DNA of 64,000 nucleotides from NCBI RefSeq assembly GCF_009914755.1, contig NC_060931.1; one strand, written 5' to 3'. Each line of letters begins with the position of its first letter. Position 1 is the first letter of the stretch. The translations under genes and the position numbers were made by a program. This DNA comes from the human T2T-CHM13v2.0 reference genome, Homo sapiens. This document shows, piece by piece, positions 1 to 19,699 of this stretch. The notes beneath the pieces were generated by a model. It worked only from the letters and a program-made list of their open reading frames with translations. It was not told the origin of the DNA and did no database searches.

Positions 1-5
1 TAAGA

Positions 6-475
6 GGCCAGGTATGATGGGTTATGCTTGTAATCCCAGCACTCTGGGAGGCTGAGACAGGCGGATTGCTTGAGGCCAGGAGTTTGAGACCATCCTGGAC
101 AACATAGTGAAACCCTGTCTCTACTAAAAATACAAAAAAAATTAGTGGAGTGTGGTGGCACAGGCCTGTAGTCCCAGCTACTCAGGAGGCTGAAGTGGGA
201 GAATCACCTGAGCCCGAGAGGTGGAGGCTACAGTGAGCCAAGATCATGCTGCTGCATTCCAGCTTGGGCAACCAGAGTGAGACCTTGTTTCAAAAAAAAA
301 AAAAAAAAAAAAGGAATAAGGCCAGGCACCATGGCTTATGCCTGTAATCACAGCACTTTGGGAGGCCAAGGCAGGAGGATCCCTTGAGCCCAGGAGTTTG
401 AGAGCAGCCTGGGCAATACAGTGAGACCCAGTCTGTACATTAAAAAAAAAAAATTATCCAGGCATGGTGGTGCAG
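6..475 (+). mobile_element. Full Alu (6-311) followed by an Alu left monomer/partial (320-475)
   Basis: GGCC...TGTAATCCCAGC heads, A-rich linker, poly(A) tails. Confidence 0.9.
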
Positions 476-951
476 TTTTGGCAATTTTGTTGTATAAGTA
501 TGATAGGGTGTACTTACACAAACCTATGTGGTTTAGCCTACTACACACCAAGAGAATATGGTACAGCCTGTTGCTCCTAGGCTACAAATCTGCACAGCAT
601 GTTACTGTACTAAATACTGTAGTATTCATCTGTAACGCAATGGTATTTGTATATCTAAACATATCTAAAACCTAGAAAACTACAGTGTAAAAGATAAAAA
701 AAAAAGGTACACCTGTATAGAGCAGTTATCATGGTGGTGCTTGCAGGACTGTAATTTGCTCTGAATGAGTCAGGGAGTGAGTGATGAGTGCATATGAAGG
801 GGGCCTAGAACATTATATACTTTTATATGACTGGCAGCTCAGTAGGCTTGTTTACACCAGCATCACCCTAAACACATGAGTAATGCATTGCACCACAGTA
901 TTATCAATATTACCACAGCTTTCACTAGGTGATAGGAATTTTCCAGCTCCA

Positions 952-1257
952 TTTTATTTTTATTTATTTATTTTTTTTGAGATGGAGTCTCTGTCACCCA
1001 GGCTGGAGTGCAGTGGCACGATCTCGGCTCATTGCAACCTCTGCCTCCTGGGGTTCAAGCAGTTCTCCTGCCTCAGCCTCCTGAGTAGCTGGGACTACAG
1101 GCACATGCCACTGCACCCGGCCAATTTGTGTATTTTTAGTAGAGACGGGGTTTCCCCATATTGACCAGGCTGGTCTTGAACTCCTGACCTCAAGTGATCT
1201 GCCCACCTTGGCTTCCCAAATTGCTAGGATTACAGGTGTGAGCCACCACACCCGGCC
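952..1257 (-). mobile_element. AluS-type element
   Basis: T-rich tail, full dimer, degenerate TSD ttccagctccatt/ttcagcttcatt. Confidence 0.92.
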
Positions 1258-1332
1258 TTCAGCTTCATTATAATTTTATGATACCACTGACATATATGCG
1301 ATCCATTGTTGGCTAAAAAAATGTTAGGCAGT

Positions 1333-1787
<455 letters not shown>

Positions 1788-3353
1788 TCAATTTGTTCCT
1801 TATTAGGTAGAGGTATATCCATGACTCAGAATTTATTTGTAGCCTTAGAGGTCATACTTTGAGGGAGTCAATATAGATGAGATTGTGCTGGTCCTCATCT
1901 ACCTGATTCAGAAAGAGCCAGCTATTGTCATCTGATTTTAGCTGGACGGTACAGGGCTTACTGCCCAGGTTTACCAGGTACCAGCCTAGGCTAGACCTGT
2001 TCTGTGCATTTACTCATGTGAAATTGTTACAACAATCCTGCCTCAGAGTTGTTCTAATGGAAGTGGAATATTGAGCACACTAACTAGAACACAGCAAGTT
2101 CTCAATAGGTTAAGTATCATGATGATTATCATGTATTACTCTTTTATAGAAGATGAAAAAGAGGCTCAAAAAGATTGATTAGGAGTTACAGAGCAATCAA
2201 TGAAGAGGGCTAATCTAGGTCTTGAACAGTTTTAAAGTCCATGCTATATCTCCATTTAAATACTTACATTGTAGAGTGTGCACATGACATGTCATTAGTG
2301 GTTATGTGACCACGGGCCAGTCGTAGCACCCAGTTTCCTCATCTGTAAATTGGGGGTAACACTTAATGTTTTATAAAGAATGTCTAGAGTTCTTAGCTGT
2401 GTGAAGCTGGAGGCATAATGAAAATTACGTTTACTCCATCTTCTCTGAAATGCATTGTGACATCTTTCCAGATTTTAAGTATTAATTCTTTGCCAGTACT
2501 GTGTGTTTAGATAGATCTTCCATCTTGAGGCTTGTCTTCTCATTTTGTTCATGGTAATATTTTCACTAGCTGTAGTTCTGTAACAAAGGTGAATATATTA
2601 ATCTTTCCCTTATAGCTCTTGCTTTTTGTTTCTTGCTTAAAAATTTATTCCAATAAATTTGTATTCCAAGATCACAAAGATATTCTCTTACATTTTCTTG
2701 TGAAAGTTTTATAGTTGTTAATCTACTTAAAGTAGTTTTTTTTTTAGATCAGATGAAGTAGGGATCTAATTTCATTCCCCACCCCCAATAGTTGTTGCAG
2801 CAACATGAAAAGTTCATCCCTTTTCCCACTGATTTCTAGTGAACATCTGATATATATAAAGTGTGCATTTATGTAAGCCTTAAAAAATATCACACCATTT
2901 TAATTGTTACAGCTTTATAGTAGGTTTTATTAGTTGGGAGGCGTGTCCCCTCAGCTTGTGAAAATTCTATGGAAATTTCTGTTGGGATTGTTAATAGAGG
3001 TGCTTTGAATCTATAGATATGTTTGTGGGAGCATTGGTATCTTTACCATCATGAACATGCTTTCTTCATGATTTAGATATTTTAAAATATTTTAAAATAT
3101 AGCTTAATATTTTCCTGCACAATGACCTTCACAATCTTTTAAAATTTATTTCTAAGTACTTAATATATTTTTATTGCTATTGTAAAAAAATTTTTTTTTC
3201 ATTAAATGTTTGTTTGTTGTTTGTTTATACATATGAAATTGGCCTTTGGATTACTTTGTATTTGTTCTTATGCATTTCATTAAAAAATATATCTGGGAAC
3301 CTTATTGCAGTCTTCCATAGTTTAAATTATATGGCATCAAGTTTATATTAGAG

Positions 3354-3468
3354 TTTTTTTTTTTTTTTAATACTTTAAGTTTTAGGGTACATGTGCACAA
3401 CGTGCAGGTTTGTTACATATGTATACATGTGCCATGTTGGTGTGCTGCACCCGTTAACTGGTCATTTA
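3354..3468 (-). mobile_element. Severely 5'-truncated L1PA 3' end (~110 bp) with 16-bp TSD
   Basis: poly-T plus actttaagttttagggtacatgtgcacaacgtgcagg; TSD tttatattagagtttt at 3342-3357 and 3465-3480. Confidence 0.9.
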
Positions 3469-3995
3469 TATTAGAGTTTTAACTTGTTTGTTATTTTTAT
3501 TTATTGTTTTTACCAAGCACTACGAAAGACCATTCTTTTTTGTTCAAAGGAATACTATTTGCATTTGTTAAAAGGAAATGGTGTTTTACACTCTGTGGAG
3601 ATTTTAAACAAAAGGAGCATGTCTGTGTTCTACTTCCAGAAATCCTAATTTTGCAGATCTAGAGAAAACCTGAGCTCCTTGTTCTTTTGAAAATCTCCCA
3701 TATGGTTCTGTACGTTTCTGTTGGAAAACCACTGCTAGAGAAGTTGCTAAACAGTAAAAGCATTTAGCCCATGATGATGTGGGGGAAGGGAGGCATTTCA
3801 TTTAAAATTATGAAAAATTTATTTATCATTTAATATTTCATGTGTGATGTATAGATAAAATTAGTATATTTACATAGACAATTGTTTTTAAGTGACAGCA
3901 GGTATGAATTTAAAGAGAATGGACATTGAAAAAGAACAAAGTCACAGTTTGAGATGTATTGGTTAAGTACTCAGTATATTTGTATTAAAACTTAG

Positions 3996-4787
<792 letters not shown>

Positions 4788-5234
4788 CTCTTTTTGCCAA
4801 CTATTGATGAGGCAACCTAAAATGCTGGAGATCTCTAAAATAAAAGGAGCCAAACATTAGTTAATTGATCTATAAAGTTATATAACATTTTAAAAGAATA
4901 TAAAGAATAATGAATAATTCACCTTAAGAAATAAAACAGTGAAACAGTGACAGTCCAGAAGCTGTTGATTGCATACCCACATTCCAGTCTCCTCCAGAGA
5001 AACCATTATTCTATATTTGACATTACTTCATTTCTTTGTACTTTTACTGTGTATTGACAATGAGATTTTTATTTCAAGCTCAGTTTTTCACTTTTTTTCT
5101 ATTTTAATGATAAGCTCTATAATGATACATGTGAAAGACACCATGTCTTTGATCAGTAAGGTTTTTACATTTTTAAGAAAGCCTTCTTTTCTGCATGGTC
5201 TTACTTTGAAAGCTTCATTTGTTTTTTGGGGGTG

Positions 5235-5238
5235 GTGG

Positions 5239-5285
<47 letters not shown>

Positions 5286-5435
5286 GAGACAGGGTCTCAC
5301 TCTGTTGCCCAGTCTGGAGTTCAGTGATGTAGTCGTAGCTCACTGCAGTCTCCAACTCCTGGGCTCAAGTGATTCTCCCACCATAGCCTCCTGAGTCACT
5401 GGGACTACAGCTTTATGCCACCATGCCCAACTAAC
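5235..5435 (-). repeat. (GTT)n microsatellite forming the tail of a partial old Alu
   Basis: About 16 GTT units, then gagacagggtctcactctg. Confidence 0.9.
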
Positions 5436-7090
5436 TAAAGGCTTACTTGGCAGCATTGTCCAAGGTGTTGGATTTAGAGATCCAATGGTGTTTTTCGTTT
5501 GTTTCTAATTTCTATAACCCACATGTAGAACATCTCTTTTGGCTTCTTAAATCTAGATGTCAAATCTATCATGCATAATCTATAGTACTCCAGTGGGGGT
5601 TAGCCATGTTGAGATTAATTCTACAGTTTGTGCTAAGTATAGTGTGTTAGTCTACTTTTGGATCTTGATTCATTGATGATTCCTCTAACAGTTCCCTTAA
5701 CTTGGAACAGAAGATCTGGGAAAGAACTAAATCTGGTTAGGGAAAAGCAGTTGTTAGCTATGTTTTTCAGGACTCTAGTAATCACATGGTTAATTTCTGT
5801 ACTTTTTGTTGAATTTTTAGTTTTTTGTTCCTTGGTAGAACTACAGGAATTTAAGGTTCACTTTAAATGAACATAGCTACTACTGACTAAAATACCTGTT
5901 TTTGTAGTTTGGAAAGTATCCACAATTCTTCCTGATGTGAACCTTGTCAAAGGCCAAAACAGACACGCTTGCTGTGGGAGATAAACTTTCTAATTGTTTA
6001 ATTGTGAAACCACCCTTAAAGAAAGAAACATATTTATGTAGGCTACAGTGTTGAGCACTTAAGTCCTCTGAAAGTTCTCTTCTAAATACAAATGATTTTG
6101 TTTCTGTCTTCCATTGCATCATGTCACTTTGCTTTACATGTGATTATAGCTATTCTAGATATTCATTAGTCATATTCATAGTAGTATCTGTGTATGCTCA
6201 ATCCAGAAAACTAAAAAATACAGTAGCATAAGTAATCTTCAAATGTAAAGTAGCATAAATAAATGTCAATCAGATGGGATATTCCTATGACATAAAATGA
6301 TGATAATAGGACATGAGAGTTAAAGGGATTCTAATCCAAAGGACAAGTTTAAGAGGCTGCTTTATACCTCCGTATGATCAATTAGTTTTCAGTACGTTTA
6401 TGTTTATTTAGTCTGCTTCTGTCACAGAAACATAGTAGGAAGAAGTTAAACTAGAGATGGAGTCCAACATTTAGACATCCTAAATGTTGATACTGGGCAT
6501 GCATGGGTTAGGGTAGGAAATGTGGTATGAGAATAGGGTGCTGCTGGGGGCATTTGGTGAGGATGGAGACTGGAGATGTCATATGGGGGATGAATTTGAA
6601 CCAGGCAGTACTTAGCAAGAGGTAGTGGGAGCTGAATTAGCATGGTAGCAATAAGGAAAGGAAGTTACCACCCAGAGAGAACTTGATATGCCTGATTGGG
6701 TGTGGAAGGTGAGAGATGTTTTACTGCCTGGATGGTGCCTTTCACAGACATCATGATAAAGTGGGTGGGAGTTAGGTAGAGATAATAAATTGGTTTTGAA
6801 TGGGATTGAGTTTGCATTGCCTGTGAGACTGTAAAGTAGAGGTGTCATCCATGGTTAGAGTGGTGCTCTAAAGAGAGTTCATAGCTGGAGATTTTGAAAA
6901 GTTTTAAAAACTTTTTGTTGTAGATAATTTCAAGCATTACTAAAGAAACAGTTGACATAACAAACGCCCATGGACCCATCGCCTAGATCAATAGCCATCA
7001 ACTCTTGTTTTGTGCATACTCTGATACTACACCACCAACCACTAGATTACATTGATGTTTATTCCAGCCATTATATGATTTCATCTGTAA

Positions 7091-7677
7091 TTTTTTTTTT
7101 TTTTTTTTGAGATGGAGTTTTGCTCTTGTTGCCCAGGCTGGAGTGCAATGGTGAGGTCTTGGCTCACTGCAACCTCAGTCTCCCAAGTAGCTGGGATTAC
7201 AGGTGCCCACCATCACGCCTGGCTAATTTTTGATACAGAGACAAGGTTTCACCATGTTCGCCAGACTGGTTGCAAACTCCTGACCTCAGGTGGTCCACCC
7301 ACCTCAGCCTCCCAAAGTGCTGGGATTACAGGCATAAGCCACTGCATCCGGCCTCATCTGTAAATATTTTGGTATGTACTTCAGTAAAATATTTTTTCTG
7401 TAAACATAACTACCATATGAATTTCTATGTAAAAATAAAAGGACCAGCCTGGGCAACATGGTGAAACCCTGTCTGAGCGAATAAATGAATGAATGAACAA
7501 GAAAGAAAAGCAAGCAAGCTGGGTGTGGTGGTGTGCACCTGTAGTCCCAGCTAGTTGGGAGGCTGAGGTTGCAGGATCACCTGTGCTCAAGAAGATGGAG
7601 GCTGCAGTGAGCCATAATCATGCCACTGCACCCCAGCCTGGGTGACAGAGTGAGACCCTATCTCAAAAAAAAAAAAA
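7091..7677. mobile_element. Antisense internally deleted Alu (7091-7354) and sense partial Alu (7440-7677)
   Basis: Alu motifs in opposite orientations. Confidence 0.85.
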
Positions 7678-8365
7678 TTTTTTTTTAAATGCTTAATGAT
7701 CTCATTATTATCAAATATCTAAGCAGTAATCAAATGGATCTGAATATTATAGGTTTTTTTAAACAATGGTTTGTTTCTATAAGGATCCAACAAGGCCTAC
7801 ACAGTACATTTGGTTGATTTGTCTCAAACCTAATTAATCTCAAGTTACCCCTTTGCTTCACTTGCTTTCCTTTTCTTCCTATTTAATGTTTTTGTTGCAT
7901 AAACTGAGTTGCATATTCAATAGAGTTAGCTTTATTCTGAATTTTGCTGATAATTTCCATAAAGTCATTTAACGTGCTGATTATATATCTTGTGAAACTG
8001 AATAAAAATGTAGTGGCTTGTTTAGGTTCTGGTTCCGTTGTGGGAGAAGGGTAAGAATATTTTGATCCATATGTCCATGTGTATGCTCATCAGGAAGCAT
8101 ATGGTGTCTGGTTGTCTTTCTTTTTTTCTGATGTTAATGGCCATTAATGATCACTGCCAAGATCCTGTATTTCATTAGGGCTTTGAAAAATAGTGACATT
8201 TTTATTCTATTATTCCTCTTTATTTCTTAACTGGAATAGAAAGAGAAAGCTTCCTTCATCAATTCTTTGATTACCCTAAGCTATAGTGCATCCAGGAAAG
8301 GTCAGTTCAATTTTGATTCCTTCCCTTTAGTTGCCAATTTTTAGAGCAGTAAGTTAATTTCTTAG

Positions 8366-9483
<1,118 letters not shown>

Positions 9484-10025
9484 AATTATAGACTAGATAT
9501 AAGATTTTCTGAAAAGATACAAATACAATTCTTAAAGTATCACAGAGGTAGCAACTTTGAGAAGCAGCTGAGGGAACAAATGCAAAAGGATGGAATTATT
9601 AAAAGATAAAAGCTCAGAGGAAGGGCCTCGTGGAACTTAAACACCTGAGAAGGAAGTGCATCTTGGCTGGTGATGGGGTCTGGGTGTTTGGCTTGGGACT
9701 CAGGCTTCTGACGGGCAGAAGTAGTGGTGCTGGCATCTCTGAAGTGGATTACAGTAAAGCTGGTTCTACAGATATTGGAAAAACTGCAAACTAGAGCTAG
9801 CTCCATTGTAGGAAGGAACTGCTGCACCTGGGATGAAGCAGCATCACTAGTGTGATGCTCACAGAAGTTACATGCAGGTAGGAAGAAAAGAGGAAGCCGA
9901 CTATGAGAATCAAGTGCCTTCTTCTGACATTGCATTCTCCTTCCAGCACTACCCGTTGTTAGACTCGAATGTGAAACCAGCTTGTAAAGCATAAATGTTG
10001 CTTGCAGAATAAGAGTTTATACTAG

Positions 10026-10487
<462 letters not shown>

Positions 10488-10790
10488 TGAAACAAATAAA
10501 TCTTCTCTGTGCAGTTAAGTCACCCACTTGATTAGGCAGGTTCATTTATTAAATTTTGCTTTTGACATTTAGGAATTTAAATTTTTAAAATATTGTATAA
10601 CTACATGTAAAACATTCATGTTGTTTGAAAATAAAATCTATAAACTTCTATCCCTGTCTTGTCTACCCATCTACCTTATTTCTTCCCAACCTCATAGGTA
10701 ACTATTTAATGTCCTTTATGGATTATCCTTCCTTTTTAAATATTATGTTAATGTACAATTTAAAAATAAATCATCCCACTCCATCCCATC

Positions 10791-13489
<2,699 letters not shown>

Positions 13490-14489
13490 CCATCTTTCTT
13501 GAATAAGCAGTAGCATTACACACACACACTTTTCCTGTTTTATTTCATTTTATGTACTAACAATCTCTCCTGAGTGGTGTAAATAGAAATTACTTATTTC
13601 TTTTTATAGCTTACTGTGGAGATTACATTCTAGATTACATCCTTTTAGAGATGCTGTGTGAGGCTAAGGAAGTAGATGAGATCAATCCCTATAATCAAAA
13701 ACTACAGAATCAGAGGAGGAAGGGTGGGATCCACAGTGACAATCAGGTGAGATAGGAGGATTGGCAGGTATTAAGGAATTCACATGATTTCTAGGAAGCA
13801 GAAGTCACTGGTATCAAGTGATGTTAGAAAGATTGAAGATGATAAGAGCAGAGAAAAGGTAGATTTTGGTTTATGGACATATCAGGTATTTGGAATTTGG
13901 TTAGTGTCAACTGCTGAGTGAAGTGGAAAAAAATTTTACTGTCAAACCTGTTCTCATCTCCACATCCCACTTCCAGCAACCCTCACCAAAGCCACTGAAA
14001 AATCCTAGCTTGTCATTATACAGAAACACTTGCTCCTTTTCTAATTTGTTCTCTACATTGTAGCCATTGTGACATAAAAATGCAAATCTGGCCGTGTCAC
14101 TTTCTTAAAAGCTTTTAATAGACTTATTTGGACAAACACCAAAATTGCCTTGTGACTCTGCTTAATCTGGCCCCTGTCTCTTGTCCTAGCTTCTTTTGCC
14201 AGTCTTCCCCTGAATCGCACCACTTCAGTCATACTTACCTTCGTTCAGTTCTTTGAACCTGCCTGCTCTTCTTGCTTGGGACTTTTTGTACATGCTGTTC
14301 TCTCTTCCTAGAAGTAAAAGCCTTCACTGGGTAATCCCTCCTCATGCTTTCCCCAGCCTTCCAACCCCACTAAAATGAGATCCATTTCTTCATCATATGC
14401 TCTTATAACTTTCCATAGATTTCCTTTATGGTAATTCTCAGTTTGTAATTATATATTGATGTGCTTATTCTAATAATGTACATCTGCCG

Positions 14490-14630
14490 CACATTTAATC
14501 TTCACAACTACTCAGTAATATCTGTATTATTACCCTCATATTAAAGATGAGTACTCTGTGTAACCTGCCCAAGACCACTGAGCTAGTAAGTGAGGGAACT
14601 GGGATTTTAACCTGCACTATGTACAAGACT
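14490..14630. mobile_element. MIR fragment (with L2-like remnants nearby, ~13640-14490)
   Basis: atttaatcttcacaac...taacctgcccaagaccactgagctagtaagt MIR core. Confidence 0.65.
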
Positions 14631-14901
14631 GTAGTTATCATAAGGGCAGCGACCATGTTTGCTTTTCCTGACTGTTCTGTTCTCACACCTAGCATAATGT
14701 TTGGGAAATACCTAGTTGAAATATTTGGGATGCTGAATTAAGGAGAAAATATACTTATATTCTTGTCTCTTCACAGTATTTTCATTTCTTATGTGTATAA
14801 TGTAACACACAAGGTCAGTTTAAAATTTCCCAACACCATTAGGAGGCTAACTGATTTAGCCTGGTACAATTGGTGTATCATGTACGCATAGCTCGAGATA
14901 G

Positions 14902-15108
<207 letters not shown>

Positions 15109-15758
15109 TGAGTTCTTTGCATTTTTTTCCTTCTATCTTTCCCCGTCTTTTCTTCCTTCCTGTATTGACTTGTTTTGACACATTTGTTTTGATAAGTATT
15201 AAATACACTGTTTTAAGTAAAAGAGGTTTATATTATCGAAATTTAAGTACTTACAAATTTTGGAAAGTACGAATAGATGTAGAACCCTGTTTTACATTCA
15301 TACTGCCTGTCCTCCTGCTTCTATAAATGTCTTCAATTGGTGTGAATATAGAACAAATGGAGAAAAAAATTGCTTTTTCTTATTTTTCTTTTATCTCTAA
15401 GATAACAACAAAGAGTGGGCTTAAATATTTTATAACTCTTCCTTTTGATATTCTTGTTGTAAACCTGCATCATGATATTTGTCTGATATGTGGATAGCCA
15501 GAGAGGCTTTTTTATGTAATTATTATTTCCAGTTTTATGTAATTATTATTGTCTTGTTTTTAATGTACAGTTCACTCATATGTTTTTTATTTTGGTAAAA
15601 TACATGCAACATAAAATTTGTCATTTTAACTACTAAATGTACAATTCAGTGGTATTTATTACATTTACACATTGTGCAACCATCACTACTATTTTCAAAA
15701 CTTTTTTATCACCCCAATCAGCATCTTTGTACCCTTTAAGTAATAACTCCAATTTTCT

Positions 15759-16099
<341 letters not shown>

Positions 16100-16109
16100 C
16101 TAACCTATT

Positions 16110-17413
<1,304 letters not shown>

Positions 17414-18850
17414 ATAGGCCAGCATACTGGTTTGTCAATTTTGACACTATTGACATTTTGAGCTAGATAATTCTTTATCGTTGGGGACTGATTTGTGCAT
17501 TATAAAAAAAAAATGCAAATGGCTGATTACTGAGCATTGTTTCATTTCAGTTATTAAAGAAATGCATTCTAAGATAGTAAAGTATGTGTCTTCTCTCTTT
17601 CTCTCTTGCTTTCTCTCTCGCATTTATTAAATTGTCAAAGGTGAAAAATTTTGAGAGTTCCCCCTGTGAATACAGTTAATAGCCACTCTACACTGGTTGA
17701 AGTACAAATTGGCACAATTATTTAGCTTTTTTCTGTATGAATTACCCTTTGACTCAACAATTCCACCACGAGGAATTTACCTTATGGAAACATTTAAATG
17801 ATTTATAATTTTCATATGTTTATTTCAGCATTAAACTTTCAAATATCCTTAGCAGGTGGTATAGTGGTATATCTATTTCGTGAAATACTATACAGTTAAT
17901 AAATAAGAATGAGATGGATACATATACTAATACAGAAAGTCATCTAAGGTAGAGTTAAGTGAGAAAAAAAATCTTTAAAAGACAATATATGTACTACCAT
18001 TTATTGTTTTATAAAATGTAACACTGCACTATACTATATGTACTTCCATACTTAGAAAAACAACCAGAGGAGTGCACACCAGGTTATTAATAGTAATTAT
18101 CTCTGGAGGTAAGATTATTTCTGAAATGTTTGGATTTTGCCTTTAATTATTAGTAAGATAACTGCGGTTTACTATTTAACCATATTTATTCATATTCTGA
18201 TTTTTTCACTTAACATTATGACATAAACATTTTCCAGTTTTATCCCCACACTGGAAAACTAGAGTGTAATAATGAAAACATTATTATTTCTGTGTTAATG
18301 GGTATTCTCTGTTAGGATTTTTACAAAAGTGGGTTATTTGACTACTCCTTTTAGGCATTTTTATTATATTTTCTTTCTTCCTCCCTCTTTTTCCATCTCT
18401 TTCTCTGCCTCTCTGTCTCTGTCTGTGAGGTCTCACAGTGTTCCCAGGCTGGACTCAAACTCTTGGTGCTCAAGCAAGCGATCCTCTCAACTCAGCTTCC
18501 TGAATAGCTGTGACTACAAGCGTGGGCCACTGTGCCAGGCTTGATTTTCCAAATTGCATTTTCAAAAAATCTCCTCCCATATTTGGGATAGAAGACATCC
18601 AGGTGGTTCATACTCATTTACCAGGGCTGTCTTAAGACTTTTTAATGCAATAAAACATATTTTTAACTACACACTTAGTTCTTTCATTTACTCCTGAACT
18701 AATGTTAATTTCTACTTGGAAAATGAAAAGGTTATTTACTTTTTTTTTCCTGAAATGCTGACAATATGTGATATCTTAATATCTGTAATTCTTAGTGAAA
18801 GTTATGGTATAGTATAGGTGAAGCTGTAGTGTTTATATCAATAGATGTGA

Positions 18851-19087
<237 letters not shown>

Positions 19088-19189
19088 TAGATTCATATGC
19101 AGCTTTAGAGGACTAAAGGACTGCTGCCAACCCTCATCAAATGGCAGTCTGCAAATAGGTTTTGTTTGGCCAGCACTATGCTGGCCTGT

Positions 19190-19410
19190 ACTGGGGTTTG
19201 TCACTTTTGACACTATTGATGTTTTGGGCTAGGTAATTCTTTATTGTTGAGGACTGATCTGTGCATTATATGGTGGTCAGCATCCTTGACCTCTACCAAC
19301 TAGTTACCAGTAGCAACCCTCTAACCCTCCCCAGTTGTGACAACAAAATGTGGCTCCAGACATTGGCAACGTCCTATGGAGCAAAATCATCCTGAGTTGA
19401 GAACACTGGC
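19190..19410 (-). mobile_element. MER20 (hAT); partial second copy at 17428-17503
   Basis: cactattga..ttttgggct.g.taattcttt...ccagttgtgacaac...ccagacattg...gttgagaacactg. Confidence 0.85.
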
Positions 19411-19699
19411 CAACACACTGTTTTAAAATATATAGAACTAGTTGCCAGCATTGTAAAATGGGGAGATTTTACATTTTTTAAATATCTAGATTTCTGGCTT
19501 TTTTGAGAAAACGGAAGCTGTTCTAGCCCTGGGTCTGTATACTTCATGTCAACATTTGAGGCATGCCTTTTCCAGTTCATTATAGTTCCTAGCAAAGCTC
19601 ACTTTTAAATCTGATCTCAACAGTCATTCAAAGGTCAGCAACAGATGATTTAGACAGTAAGATTCGGATTGATACAAATATAATTGCTTATGATGGTCT

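Noticed and set aside
9540-9992. 150-aa minus-strand ORF in GC-richer intron sequence
   Set aside because: No recognisable domain or exon borders; probably a decayed LTR-type repeat that I cannot name.
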